A program made the position numbers and the translations under genes. Below, one piece after another: positions 22,596 to 40,578 of a stretch of DNA of 64,000 nt. Source of the DNA: the human T2T-CHM13v2.0 reference genome, Homo sapiens. The notes beneath the pieces are model-generated. The model made no database searches, was not told the origin of the DNA, and worked only from the letters and a program-made list of their open reading frames with translations. The stretch lies in the NCBI RefSeq assembly GCF_009914755.1, contig NC_060935.1; one strand, given 5' to 3'. Each line of letters opens with the position of its first letter. Positions within the stretch are counted from its first letter, which is position 1.

Positions 22596-22972
22596 ACGAT
22601 GAGAACATGTATACACAGGGCAGGGAACAACACATACTGGGGCCTGTTGGGGGGTAGGGGGCTGGGGGAGGGATAGCATTAGGAGAAATACCTAATGTAA
22701 ATGACGAGTTGATGGGTGCAGCAAACCAACATGGCACATGTATACCTGTGTAAGAAACCTGCATGTTGTGCACATGTACCCTAGAACTTATAGCATAATT
22801 TAAAAAATAAAAAAAGAATGGTGATAGAATCAGATTCTCCCCTTTGGAGCATTTGCTTTTGAGATAAATGGAGAGAGTTGGCACCTGGATGTGGGAGTAG
22901 AAGTGGGAAGACAGGCAGAGACAAAAATCTTCTGTTATGCAACTTGAACTATTCTAGACATTTCATGAGTTG

Positions 22973-23162
22973 CAGCTGTGCTATGCCAGAGCTGGCTGTA
23001 TGTCTCCGACAACTGGTTGTGTGCATCCCTTTTCAGCTCTGCCTTCAGAGACATCTGGTTGGTCGGAGTGTTTATGCCACGCGAATTGGTTAATGCTGCA
23101 GATCAGGGCCCCTGTTCTTTTCGTCCAGATCTGGTTGTTAAATGTTTACCAGCACACCACTG
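22973..23162. mobile_element. MER63A-like hAT (Blackjack) MITE
   Basis: Terminus 'ggttgttaaatgtttaccagcacaccactg' and internal 'ggagtgtttatgccacgcgaattggttaatgctgcagatcagggc'. Confidence 0.7.
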
Positions 23163-23275
23163 GGGTAGGGGCGGGATGGTGTAGGAAGCAGGCAGAAGCA
23201 GCTACCTCCTCTGGGTCTTTTGCCTTAAAATCAATGTTCAACGGAATATGGTAACATGATTGTTATTAAGGCTAT

Positions 23276-23281
23276 AATAAA
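23276..23281 (+). terminator. Poly(A) signal ending the putative L1 3' transduction
   Basis: AATAAA followed ~10 nt later by the A-rich tract aaatagaaaaaa and a TSD-like copy. Confidence 0.6.
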
Positions 23282-23317
23282 GAAGACACTTAAATAGAAA
23301 AAATATATATATATAGC

Positions 23318-24100
23318 TAAAGTTTATTTAAATGAAGTAATCTTTGTCTTTTAATTGAAGTGAGTTAAAAGTATTGATATTGCTGATGCATTTAGAATTT
23401 TTTCTAAAATCTTGTTTTGTGCTATTTCTCTCTCGTCTCTTCAATATTTTTTTCTTTTTGTTTTATTTTTCCTTTGTTATTTTGGATAGCCAATTATTTT
23501 TCTGTCTTTTTCCTCATTACAACTCTCTGCTCTGCCTGTTAAGAAGTTATTATTTCTATATTTATTTATTAGCCTGTTAGCAAATTGTGAAATTAAACCA
23601 GTACCTTTCACGCCTTCCCAAGCATAGCTTGAGTACATTTAGAACACTAACTCAGATTACTACCCTCCCAATATATATGCCATAATTAGTCCAATATGTA
23701 TGTCAAATCCTTTAGGTTCATTCTGTTTTCCCTCTTCTCCTTACGAATTAAACATTGTTGCTCTTTTTGTATGATCATGTCAGTTTGTATTTACGCATAT
23801 ATTTATCAATTCTTTACACTTCATTTCTTGTTGTATTCCAGGTTTCATATGTAGAATTATTTTTTTTCTGCCTGAATAACATCCTAGAGAATACTTTTAG
23901 TGAGGGTCTTTTGATAAATTTATTCAGTTTTTGTTTATATGAAAATATTTTTATTTTTCTTCATTCTTGAAAAATAGTTTTGCTTTATCATAGAATTCTA
24001 GATGGAGAGTTATTTTCTCTTAGTTCATTGAATAAATTTTTTTCCTGTAACTACCAACTTTCATTGCTGATGTTAAAACGTCAGACTATCTTAAGTAGAG
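23318..24100 (-). mobile_element. Ancient L1M, right half continuing from 16637
   Basis: 'aatctttgtcttttaattg' continues the L1M; later 'aattattcagtttttgtttatatgaaaat...atagaattctagatgg'. Confidence 0.6.
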
Positions 24101-24844
24101 GTGCTGCTGTGGATGTTACAATGCAGTGGTCTCTCTTCACTTGGGCTGTGGGATAGCAGCAAGTGTATTGGTTGCTAAAAGACACTAAGAGCAACATTTT
24201 TTGCAATCCAGTTTCATTAAACTTTCCTGGCATTCAGGATTCAGAGCACTCCATTCGTCTGTCTATTGAGCTTCTTCTTCATTCCATCAAGGACACATTC
24301 ACTGTTTCAATATCCTTACTCTAAATATTGGTTCCCAGGCTCTCTTTCAGCCAAGGGAAGAGAAAATTTCATACCAAGCCTTTCTGCAGGAACACTTAGA
24401 AAGCCTTTAGCCTCATGACATTTTCTCTGCTTAACCCATCTACTGGCCCTGGAAACTCTTTGATTCAGGAGAGTTTGAAGATTCAGAGAGACTGTTTCCA
24501 ATTCAAGCTGCTAGTATTCTAGAAACCTAAACTCTAGTGCTGTTTAGTCAGACTGGAGGGAGATTCCAGGGAGGGCTTATGTCTTGTGGAACACCAGGTC
24601 GGCCAATAGATGTAAAATAACAAATTCCTTCAGAGTGCTAGTGAACACTTGCCAGTGAACACTAGCATATCTTTTCTGATTTTTAATTGGAATGCATGGC
24701 TCTTATTGTTGTCATTATTTTACTTTATTCTACAGCAAGAGAGTCTGCTTCTGCAGTATTGTTGTACTGACATATAAAACATTTTAATATATCTCTTTAA
24801 GATAATGTAAAAGTTATGTTAATATTTGAAAAACATTTGCTGAG

Positions 24845-25145
24845 TGGCAGCGTGAAAAATGGACTTTGTGGTCACTCAGAACCTGCTCCTTATATTTGAA
24901 TCTTTTATTAGTTGAGTGACATTAGGCAAGTTTTGTTTAACACATGCTCTCATTTGTAAAATGGAAATAGCAACAAACTACCTCCCAGAGTCTTTGTGAA
25001 GATTAAATGAACATAGCACAATGCATTATTCACTTCCAGTGGGTTATTAATGACTTCTTTAAGAGTATTGATATTTATATATCTCTAGCATCCAGCATAA
25101 GACTAGCACTAGTTTATGACAAATGAACGAATGAATGAGTGAATG
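24845..25145 (+). mobile_element. MIR followed by an L2 3' end
   Basis: MIR core 'gtgacattaggcaagtt...ctcatttgtaaaatggaaatag...tgtgaagattaaatga'; L2 tail 'aatgaacgaatgaatgagtgaatga'. Confidence 0.7.
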
Positions 25146-25749
25146 AGAAAATGTTGCATAAAACAGTTGAGTCATAAAACACAGCAGTAAATAAGTTAGT
25201 ATCAAAGGAATGATACGGATATTATTCTTCATCACCACTGCAAGTGTTGTTCAAAGCAATAGGAGATCAGTGGAGGCTGGAACAGGTTGAAAGTCTTATG
25301 AGTTTGTGAAATAACTTAGCCTTTAAAAGTTACTAAGGTTTGGGTAAGAGCAGGTCATGAACAAATGAACAGTATAAGCAAAATGTAAATTTTGGAAACC
25401 AACAAGATATGAGCATAGTGAGGTGTGATTTTGGAAGCTTGGGAAGCAGATTATGATGAAATTGGACCTTATTTTATATGTAGAAGATACATTGAAGGTG
25501 TAGAAGATACAATATAGTGTGGAAGTAGGAAGAACACGAGGTTTTGGTGTATCTAGAAATCATGCAATAGAAGCTCAGGCTAAGGTTCTAGTAGGGTAAG
25601 ATAAATCAGCTCTCTGTTTCTTAAATATTTGTACCCAAAAGCGAAAATTTTAAAGGAAGATTGGAAATGGCTGCACATGTGCTTTAGACTGGATTGTTTC
25701 TAGTATTCTCTTTTATAGATGTGATGAAATGCTAGTAAGCTTGAAGTTA

Positions 25750-26475
25750 ATTCATCACCAAATATTTATTGCACAACTAGTATCTTCCAGAATGTTTTAG
25801 GCACTTAAGATAAAGATATGGTTTAGATAGGCAAGATTCCTGTTGTCATGGATATAATGTTATTCTGGAGAAATCCAATAGTGATCAGGAAAGCAAAAAA
25901 CCGAAATTCCCTAAAATAATTCCAGTGCTGTGAAGATAATACGGGGTAATGTGATAGAGTGAGCCAGGAAGTGGCAATATTTGATAAAGGGGCCTTGGAA
26001 AGTGTCCTTGCGAAGGTGCTATGTTAACTGAGATCTGACATGACTAAAGGGGTCACCATTCAGAGACAGAGTTCCAGAGAGAGGGAGAAGCAAGTGTAAA
26101 TATTCAAAGGTGAGAAATAACTTCGTGTGCTTCAGGAGCTGAAAGAAGATTGGTGTGGCTGAAGAATAGTGAGCATGGAAGAGAGAGGTAAAAAATAAAG
26201 CTACAGAATTGGACAGTGGTAATATTATATAGAATTTTATAGCTCATGGTAAGAAGTGGAAATTTTACTTTCAGTGCAATGGGGAAAAGTCGAAGTTTTA
26301 AGTTTGTGGTGGTATGGTCAGATTTATCTTGGTAGTGGGAAAATTTACTATAAGAGAGCAAGAGTGAAGACAGGAAGACCAATTGCCCTGTGGTTGTTCA
26401 GGTGAGCTGAGTGGTGATTTGTACTAGCATGAGATTATTGGAGATGGAAAAAAAGCAAATAATTCAGGATATATT
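25750..26475 (-). mobile_element. L2 (L2a-like)
   Basis: 'aaatatttattgcacaacta...ttttaggcact' through 'gagatgg...attcaggatatatt'. Confidence 0.75.
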
Positions 26476-26569
26476 ATATTATATATAATATTATTTCACT
26501 GGGTAGCACAGAACAACTGTTTTAAGCTCTGCCTCCAAAATATATATTATATATAATCTATATTGAATA

Positions 26570-27545
26570 TATATTACAAATAATATATATTGAAGATATA
26601 TTATAAATAATATATATTGAAGATATATTATATTATAAATTATATATTGAAGATATATTATATTATAAATAATATATATTGAAGATATATTATATTATAA
26701 ATAATATATATTGAAGATATATTATATTATAAATAATATATATTGAAGATATATTATGTTATAAATAATATATATTGAAGATATATTATGTTATAAATAA
26801 TATATATTGAAGATATATTATGTTATAAATAATATATATTGAAGATATATTATGTTATAAATAATATATATTGAAGATATATTATGTTATAAATAATATA
26901 TATTGAAGATATATTATGTTATAAATAATATATATTGAAGATATATTATGTTATAAATAATATATATTGAAGATATATTGTTATAAATAATATATATTGA
27001 AGATATATTATGTTATAAATAATATATATTGAAGATATATTATGTTATAAATAATATATATTGAAGATACATTATGTTATAAATAATATATATTGAAGAT
27101 ACATTATGTTATAAATAATATATATTGAAGATATATTATGTTATAAATAATATATATTGAAGATATATTATGTTATAAATAATATATACTGAAGATATAT
27201 TATGTTATAAATAATATATATTGAAGATAATTATGTTATAAATAATATATATTGAAGATATATTACGTTATAAATAATATATATTGAAGATATATTATAT
27301 TATAAATAATATATATTGAAGATATATTATATTATAAATAATATATATTGAAGATATATTATATTATAAATAATATATATTGAAGATATATTATAAATAA
27401 TATATATTGAAGATATATTATAAATAATATATATTGAAGTTATATTATATTATAAATAATATATGTTGAAGATATATTATATTATAAATAATATATGTTG
27501 AAGATATATTATAAATAATATATGTTGAAGACATATTATATTATA
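26570..27545. repeat. AT-rich minisatellite, 32-bp unit aatatatattgaagatatattat(g/a)ttataaat, about 30 copies
   Basis: Near-perfect tandem units read directly; 27-bp deletion variants near both ends. Confidence 0.95.
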
Positions 27546-28028
27546 AATAATATGTATTCAATGTATATTTATTATAAATAATATGTATTCAATATATATA
27601 TTATAAATAATATATATTCAATATATATTATAAATAATATATATTCAATATATATTATAAATAATATATATTCAATATATATTATAAATAATATATATTC
27701 AATATATATTATTTATAATAAATATGTATTCAATATATATTATAAATAATATATATTGAATACATATTTATTATAAATAATATATATTGAATATATATTA
27801 TATTATAAATAATATATATTCAATATATATTATATTATAAATAATATATTATTATTTATATTTATTTATATATTTTATTATTATATTTATTATATTATAT
27901 TATTTATATATATTTATATTATTATTTATATATTACTAATTATATATAAATAATATATATTATATATATTATATTTTAAGTAATATATATTAAATATATA
28001 TTATATTATAAATAATATATATATAATA
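27546..28028. repeat. 27-bp ttcaa-type AT repeats with a perfect palindrome, grading into low-complexity TA
   Basis: Units aatatatattcaatatatattataaat; inverted repeat at 27688-27801. Confidence 0.9.
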
Positions 28029-29063
28029 GGGATAGAAGCCAAGATGGCCAAATAGGAACAGCTCCGGTCTACAGCTCCCAGCGTGAGCGACGCAGAAGAC
28101 GGGTGATTTCTGCATTTCCATCTGAGGTACCGGGTTCATCTCACTAGGGAGTGCTAAACAGTGGGCGCAGGTCAGTGGGTGCAGTGCACCGTGCGTGAGC
28201 TGAAGCAGGGCGAGGCATTGCCTCACTTGGAAGCACAAGGGGTCAGGGAGTTCCCTTTCCTAGTCAAAGAAAGGGGTGACAGATGGCACCTGGAAAATCG
28301 GGTCACTCCCACCCGAATACTGCCCTTTTCCAAAGGGCGTAAGAAACTGCGCACCAGGAGATTATATCCTGCACCTGGCTCGGAGGGTCCTACGCCCACG
28401 GAGTCTCACTGATTGCTAGCACAGCAGTGTGAGATCAAACTGCAAGGCAGCAGTGAGGCTGGGGGAGGGGCGTCCGCCATTGCCCAGGCTTGCTTAGGTA
28501 AACAAAGCAGCCAGGAAGCTCGAACTGGGTGGAGCCCACCACAGCTCAAGGAGGCCTGCCTGCCTTTGTAGGCTCCACCTCTGGGGGCAGGGCACAGACA
28601 AACAAAAAGACAGCAGTAACCTCTGTGGACTTAAATGTCCCTGTCTGACAGCTTTGAAGAGACCAGTGTTCCTCCCAGCACGCAGCTGGAGATCTGAGAA
28701 TGGGCAGACTGCCTCCTCAAGTGGGTCCCTGACCCCTGAACCCTGAGCAGCCTAACTGGGAGGCACCCCCCAGTAGGGGCAGACTGAAACATCACATGGC
28801 CGGTTACTCCTCTGAGACAAAACTTCCAGAGGAACGATCAGACAGCAACATTCGTGGTTCACGAAAAACCACTGTTCTGCAGACACCACTGCTGATACCC
28901 AGGCAAACAGAGTCTGGAGTGGATCTCTAGCAAACTCCAACAGACCTGCAGCTGAGGGTCCTGTCTGTTAGAAGGAAAACTAACAAACAGAAAGGACATC
29001 CACACCGAAAACCCATCTGTACATAACCATCATCAAAAAACAAAAGTAGATAAAACCACAAAG

Positions 29064-30076
29064 ATGGGGAAAAAACAGAGCAGAAAAACTGGAAACTCTA
29101 AAAAGCAGAGCACCTCTCCTTCTCCAAAGGATCGCAGTTCCTCACCAGCAATGGAAGAAAGCTGGATGGAGAACGACTTTGACAAGTTGAGAGAAGAAGC
29201 CTTCAGACGATCAAACTACGAGCTACAGGAGGAAATTCAAACCAAAGGCAAAGAAGTTAAAAACTTTGAAAAAAATTTAGATGAATGTATAACTAGAATA
29301 ATCAATACAGAGAAGTGCTTAAAGGAGCTGATGGAGCTGAAAGCCAAGGCTCGAGAACTACGTGAAGAATGCAGAAGCCTCAGGAGCCGATGCAATCAAC
29401 TGGAAGAAAGGGTATCAGCGATGGAAGATGAAATGAATGAAATGAAGTGAGAAGGGAAGTTTAGAAAAAAAAGAATAAAAAGAAACGAACAAAGCCTCCA
29501 AGAAATATGGGACTATGTGAAAAGACCAAATCTACGTCTGATTGGTGTACCTGAAAGGGACGGGGAGAATGGAACCAAGTTGGAAAACACTCTGCAGGAT
29601 ATTATCCAGGAGAACTTCCCCAATCTAGCAAGGCAGGCCAACATTCAGATTCAGGAAATACAGAGAACACCACAAAGATACTCCTCTAGAAGAGCAACTC
29701 CAAGACACATAATTGTCAGATTCACCAAAGTTGAAATGAAGGAAAAAATGTTAAGGGCAGCCAGAGAGAAAGGTCGGGTTACCCACAAAGGGAAGCCCAT
29801 CAGACTAACAGCGGATCTCTTGGCAGAAACCCTACAAGCCAGAAGAGAGTGGTGACCGATATTCAACATTCTTAAAGAAAGAATTTTCAACCCAGAATTT
29901 CATATCCAGCCAAACTAAGCTTCATAAGTAAAGGAGAAATAAAATACTTTACAGACAAGCAAATGCTGAGAGATTTTGTCACCACCAGGCCTGCCCTAAA
30001 AGAGCTCTTGAAGGAAGCACTAAACATGGAAAGGAACAACCGGTACCAGCCGCTGCAAAATCATGCTAAAATGTAA
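29064..30076 (+). pseudogene. L1PA3 ORF1p, disrupted
   Basis: MGKKQSRKTGNSK...; stops at 29448-50 and 29853-55, frameshift near 29880. Confidence 0.92.
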
Positions 30077-30139
30077 AGACCATCAAGACTAGGAAGAAAC
30101 TGCATCAACTAACGAGCAAAATAACCAGCTAACATCATA

Positions 30140-33958
<3,819 letters not shown>

Positions 33959-34186
33959 AACAATGAGAACACATGGACACAGGAAGGGGAACATGACATT
34001 CTGGGGACTGTTGTGGGGTGGGGGGAGGGGGAGGGATAGCATTGGGAGACATACCTAATGCTAGATGACAAGTTAGTTGGTGCAGCGCACCAGCATGTCA
34101 AATGTATACATATGTAACTAACATGCTCATTGAGCACATGTACCCTAAAACTTTAAGTATAATAATAAAAATAAAAATTAAAAAAA

Positions 34187-37100
34187 TATATCTAATATAT
34201 AATATAACACATAAATTATATATTATATTATATATAATATACATACAATTAATATATATTATATAATATATAATATAATATATTGTATATGTATTATATA
34301 TAATACATATTATATCACATATATAATATTGTATATATAACTGTATATTAATTATAGATATAAAATATTATATATATTACATATAGTATATTAAATGTAA
34401 TATACTATATTTAATATAATATATATTATATATATTTCATTAAATATATAATAATAATCCATATAATATATAACATATAATATATATATTATATATAACA
34501 TATAATATATATAATATTATATATAACATATAATATATATAATATTATATATAACATATATTATATATAATTTATAATATATAACAATATAATATATAAT
34601 ATATAACAATATAATATATGATACGTCATATAACAATGTAATATATGATACGTCATATAACAATGTAATATATGATACGTCATATAACAATGTAATATAT
34701 GATACGTTATATAACAATGTAATATATGATACGTTATATAACAATGTAATATATGATACGTTATATAACAATGTAATATATGATATATTATATAATATAT
34801 GATATAACATATGATATATTATATAATATATGATATAATATATGATATATTATATGATATAATATATGATATATGATATATTATATGATATAATATATGA
34901 TATATGATATATTATATGATATAATATATGATATATGATATATTATATATCATATACAATAATATTATATATAATATATCATATACAATAATATTACATA
35001 TAATATATAATATGTAATATTATAAGATATATTATTTTTATATTTAATATATAATATATATTATATATAACAATATAATATATAATATATTAATATATAC
35101 TAATATATTAATTCATTATATAAAATATTAATATATAATAATATAATATATAATATATAATATATATGTTATATATATTATCTTTATACAATATAAATAT
35201 ATAATAAAAATATAATATATTATATTTAATATAATTTTACATTAAATATATGCTATTTAGTATAATTTTATATTAAATATATGCTATTTAATATAATTTT
35301 ATATTAAATATATGTTATTTAATATAATTTTATATTAAATATATGCTATATAATATAATTTTATATTAAATATATGTTATTTAATATAATTTTATATTAA
35401 ATATATAATATAATATATATTAAATATACATTTAGTATTATGTATATTTACTATATATTATATTTTATATAATATATATTTAATATAATATATTATATTA
35501 TATGTAATATATATTTGATATAATATATTATATTTATTTAATGTATATTTAATGTAATATACTTTATTTCATTAATATATATTTAGTGCAATATATTATC
35601 ATTAATATATATTTAATACAATATATTACATTTAATATACTATATTATATTCAATTAATATATATTTACTCTAATATGTTATATTTAATTAATATATATG
35701 ATATATTAAATTTAATATAATATAATATATCATATTATATATATGATAGGTTATATTAAATAAAATATGATATATCATATTAAATATAATATACAATATA
35801 TAAATATAATATAATACAATATATAAATAGATATACATATAATACAATATATTACAATATACACAATATATACAATATAATATACAATATATAAATAATA
35901 TATATATAATATACAATTTATATTAATAATATATATAATATACTATATATAAATATATGCAATATAATATACAATATATAAATATAATATATAAATATAA
36001 TAACAATAAACATTATTGTTATATTATATTATATATCATATAATATAAATAATATATTATATGATGTATTATATGATATATGTTATTATTATACTATATT
36101 ATTCATAATACAATATAAATAATATATTCATATATAAATATATGAATAATGTTTTATTATATAATATATAACATATATTATCATATTATATTAATATATA
36201 AATAAGATATTATATTATATATTATGTATTATATCAAATTATATTATATATAATTAAATATAATATATATTAAATATATATAATATATTAAATATATCTA
36301 AGATATTAAATACGATATATATTAAATATATATAAGATATTAAATATGATATATATTAAATATATATAAGATATTAAATATATATATTAAATATATATAG
36401 GATATTAAACATAATATATATTAAATATATATAATATTAAATACATAATATATTAAATATAATATATTAAATATATATTATATTAAATATATAATATATT
36501 AAATATACATTATATTAAATATATAATATATTAAATACTTTATATTAAATATATGTTAAATATAATATATTAAATATATAATATATTAAATATATATGAT
36601 ATTAAATACATAATATATTAAAGACAATACATTAAATATATATTATATTAAATATCGATTTTATTAAATATAATATATATTAAATATATAATATTAAATA
36701 TAATATATTAAATATATATTAAATATAATATATTAAATATATATTAAATATAATATATTAAATATATATTACATATAATATATTAAATATATATTACATA
36801 TAATATATTAAATATATATAATATTACATATAATATATTAAATATATATAATATTACATATAATAAATATATATATTCAATATAATATATTAAATATAAT
36901 ATATTGAATATATATTATATGAAATATAATATATTAAGTATATATTATATGAAATATAATATATTAAGTATATATTATATGAAATATAATATATTAAGTA
37001 TATATTATATTCAGTATAATATATTAAATATATATTATATTCAGTATAATATATTAAATATATATGATATTCAGTATAATATATTAAATATATATGATAT

Positions 37101-39120
37101 TCAGTATAATATATTAAATATATATTATATTCAGTATAATATATTAAATATATATTATGTTCAATATAATATATTAAGTATATATTATGTTCAATATATA
37201 TTACATTATATATTATATTGAACAGATATAATAATCATAATATATCATATTAAATATATATTATATTAATTTTAATACATTATATTGAATACATATTATG
37301 TTAAATATAATATATAATTGGTAATATATTTTACATTTAATATTATATTATATGTAATATATGTTATATATAATATTAAATTATATGCAATAGATATTAT
37401 ATGTAATTTATAATATATTACATATAATATATAGTATATATACTATATAATTTATTATATATTATATATTTTATAATAATATATATTTTATAATTCATAT
37501 ATAATATTATATAACATATAATATATATAATACATAATATATTATATAATATAATATATATTATATATTATATAATATGATATATATTATATATCATATT
37601 ATATATAACATATTATTATATTATATATAATATATTATATATAATATATAATTATATATTATATATAATATATTACATATAATATATAATATAATATATT
37701 TTATTAAATATAATATTATATAATATACAAAATATAATATATGTTATATATAATATAATATATACTATATTATAAATATAATATATATTACGTTATAAAT
37801 ATAGTATATATTACATTATAAATATAATATATATTATATTAGATTATAATATATATTACATCATATTATAATATATATATTATAATATGTATTACATTAT
37901 ATTATTATAGATATATTATATTATAATATAATTAATATTATAATACAATATATATTATATTATAACATATATTATAATATATATTATATTATAATATATA
38001 TTATATTATAATATTAATTATATTATATATATTATATTATATATTATTATATTATATATATTATATTATAATATATATTATAATATGATATATTATAATG
38101 TATATTATAGCATAAATATAATATAATATATTATATTAGAAATATAAGATAATATAGTATATTATAAATATAATATTATATATTATAATATAAATATAAT
38201 ATTATATATTAATGTATAAACAATATTATATATTGTTATAAATATGATATGATATATTGTTATAAATATAATATTATATATTAATGTATAAACATAATAT
38301 TATATATTGTTATAAATATAATATTATATATTTTTATAAATATATTATATAGTTATAAATATAATATTATATGTTATGTTACAAATATAATTTAATATAT
38401 ATTACTTAATAAATATATTATAGTACAATATAATATAATATATATGATAATATAGTATATATTATAAACATAATATAATATATATTATAAATATAACATA
38501 TATTATAAATATATGATATATATTATAAATATAATATATATTATAAATATAATATGATATATATTATAAATATAATATAACATATTATACATTATAAATG
38601 TAATATAATATATATTATAAATATAACATATATTATATAATAAAATATAACATATATATTATAATATAATATAATATTTATTATATATACAAAATAGCAT
38701 AATATAATATGTATTATATATTATATATAATACACATTATATTTATTGTACATATTATATATATTATAGTTTATGTAATATATTTATTTTATATTATATA
38801 TTATAATATATAATATAATATAATAAATATATACTATAATGTAATATATAAATTATATTAAATATATATTATATTAATATTGATATAATATATATTAAAT
38901 ATATAGTTAATATAATATATATTATATTATGTATATATAGTAAATATGTTTTATATTGTATGTAATATATATTAAATATATTAAATATATATTTTATAAA
39001 ATATTTCATTTATATTATATATATTCTATTATACATTTAATATTTAATATATTAAATATTTAACATATACATTAAATTAATATATAGGAATTTAATATTA
39101 AATTAAAGATTTTAAATATC
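34187..39120. repeat. ~4.9 kb extremely AT-rich low-complexity block with embedded minisatellites (27-bp at ~34610-34790; ~31-bp at ~35240-35400; 30-bp at ~36900-37200)
   Basis: Read directly; the 27-bp and 30-bp periods also appear as 9-aa and 10-aa repeats in spurious ORFs. Confidence 0.95.
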
Positions 39121-40578
39121 TTTAATGGATTTTAAAAAGGATTTCTTTCATCAGCCCCAAAAATATACATTGAAGATAAAAGAACTTAATACTAAAATGC
39201 TGAAAACCAAATAGTTTTTCAATGTTTATGTATTTTGTAAAATATGGAAATAAAACATAGACATCTATATGATTGTTATACTTATTTTTACTATGCTTAA
39301 TATAATGCATTAATCATATATGATAATTTTTATAATAAGTATGGCACAACTAAAATAACTCAAGGAAATTATTCTCCCACTAGTCATATACATTTTAAGA
39401 AATTAATCTTTACATTTGAATTCTGCCATGCTATCGGAAATCACCCCTTTTATAAACTTGACAAAGCAACAATAATGATTTTCGTACTTTAGTGAAATTA
39501 TTCCAAATCTAATTTTTAATGTTGTGTAAAATTTGACAAATTTTGTCATATTTTCAAAAGAAGTTTTTTAAAGAAGTTTTACTAAAAGGAAGATTTGGTT
39601 CATTTTTTCAACTCCCTTTGTGTGATACAGCCTAGGCCTTTGAAGTGTAAAGTCTGGTAGCTCAGCAAAGTGAAAGTATCCTATTTATCTGCTGACTAGC
39701 CCCGGTGTAAGATTCTTTATGCCGCTCGCATTTGTGAAACCAGGACCTGAGGAGATCTACCTTTTGAATAACAAGAAGAGAAGAGGAGTCTAGTGGCTAA
39801 ATTATTACCCTGATATCAGCACTTCAGGAATTCTATCTTTATCTAGCTCTTGCACTTAATCATTTAACTCTTCTCATCCTGGTCTTTGTGTAGAAAAAGA
39901 AAATAATATTTTGCCCATGTCTTATAAATGTTCTATGGCTTAATTATTGTTTGCAAACTTTTCTGAGCTTTCTGAAGAACGGTAGACATAATTATTCAGT
40001 TTTACAGATATACTCTGCTTAAGAGTTTTTCTGACTGCTGATTTGAAGATTATCCAAATTCATCCCAGGGATGCATGAGAGGTTTTGTAATGCTGATTAC
40101 GTATCACTGGGGAACAAATTAAGCCCATCAAATGCCTAGCATATCAATCTCAAATCACACTCTACTTGAACTAGGGGCCCTGTGTTTTATTTACTAGATG
40201 AGCACTTTCCTCTCCAGATGAATTAGCTCTTCTACAATGTGTTATTTGGTATAGTGGGGCCTTAGCAGGCAGGGGATTTTGGACTTTTTGACAAAAGGAT
40301 ACTTGTTGATGCCTAGGTTGTGGGCCTATTTTAAAACTGTTAAATGAAAGATCAGCATGCAATATTTATTATACTATTTTTAAAGAGCAGGTTAACCCCA
40401 AGATTAAATGTTAAAATTTATAAGGAAAGTTGAGAAAGCAATGTGACCATATTTATTGAATCTTACTTTCATTTCCTGAAATTCATATAAATAAAAACAC
40501 TGGTAAGTAAGGATAAATAAGAAATAAAGACCCATCATTTGGAAGAAATTTGAACAAATTTTGGTAAATTCACACTAG

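Noticed and set aside
24636-24667. Small nested direct/inverted repeat (agtgaacact twice)
   Set aside because: 8-10 bp matches are expected by chance or local slippage in 64 kb; the same applies to the hairpin at 7363-7384.
26570-27545. 32-bp repeats as a CRISPR-like array
   Set aside because: Units are head-to-tail with no unique spacers, there are no cas genes, and the context is primate DNA.
34517-37221. Tyr/Ile/Asn-rich repetitive ORFs (34517-34810, 35689-35916, 36904-37221)
   Set aside because: Translation artefacts of AT-rich repeats whose units are multiples of three.
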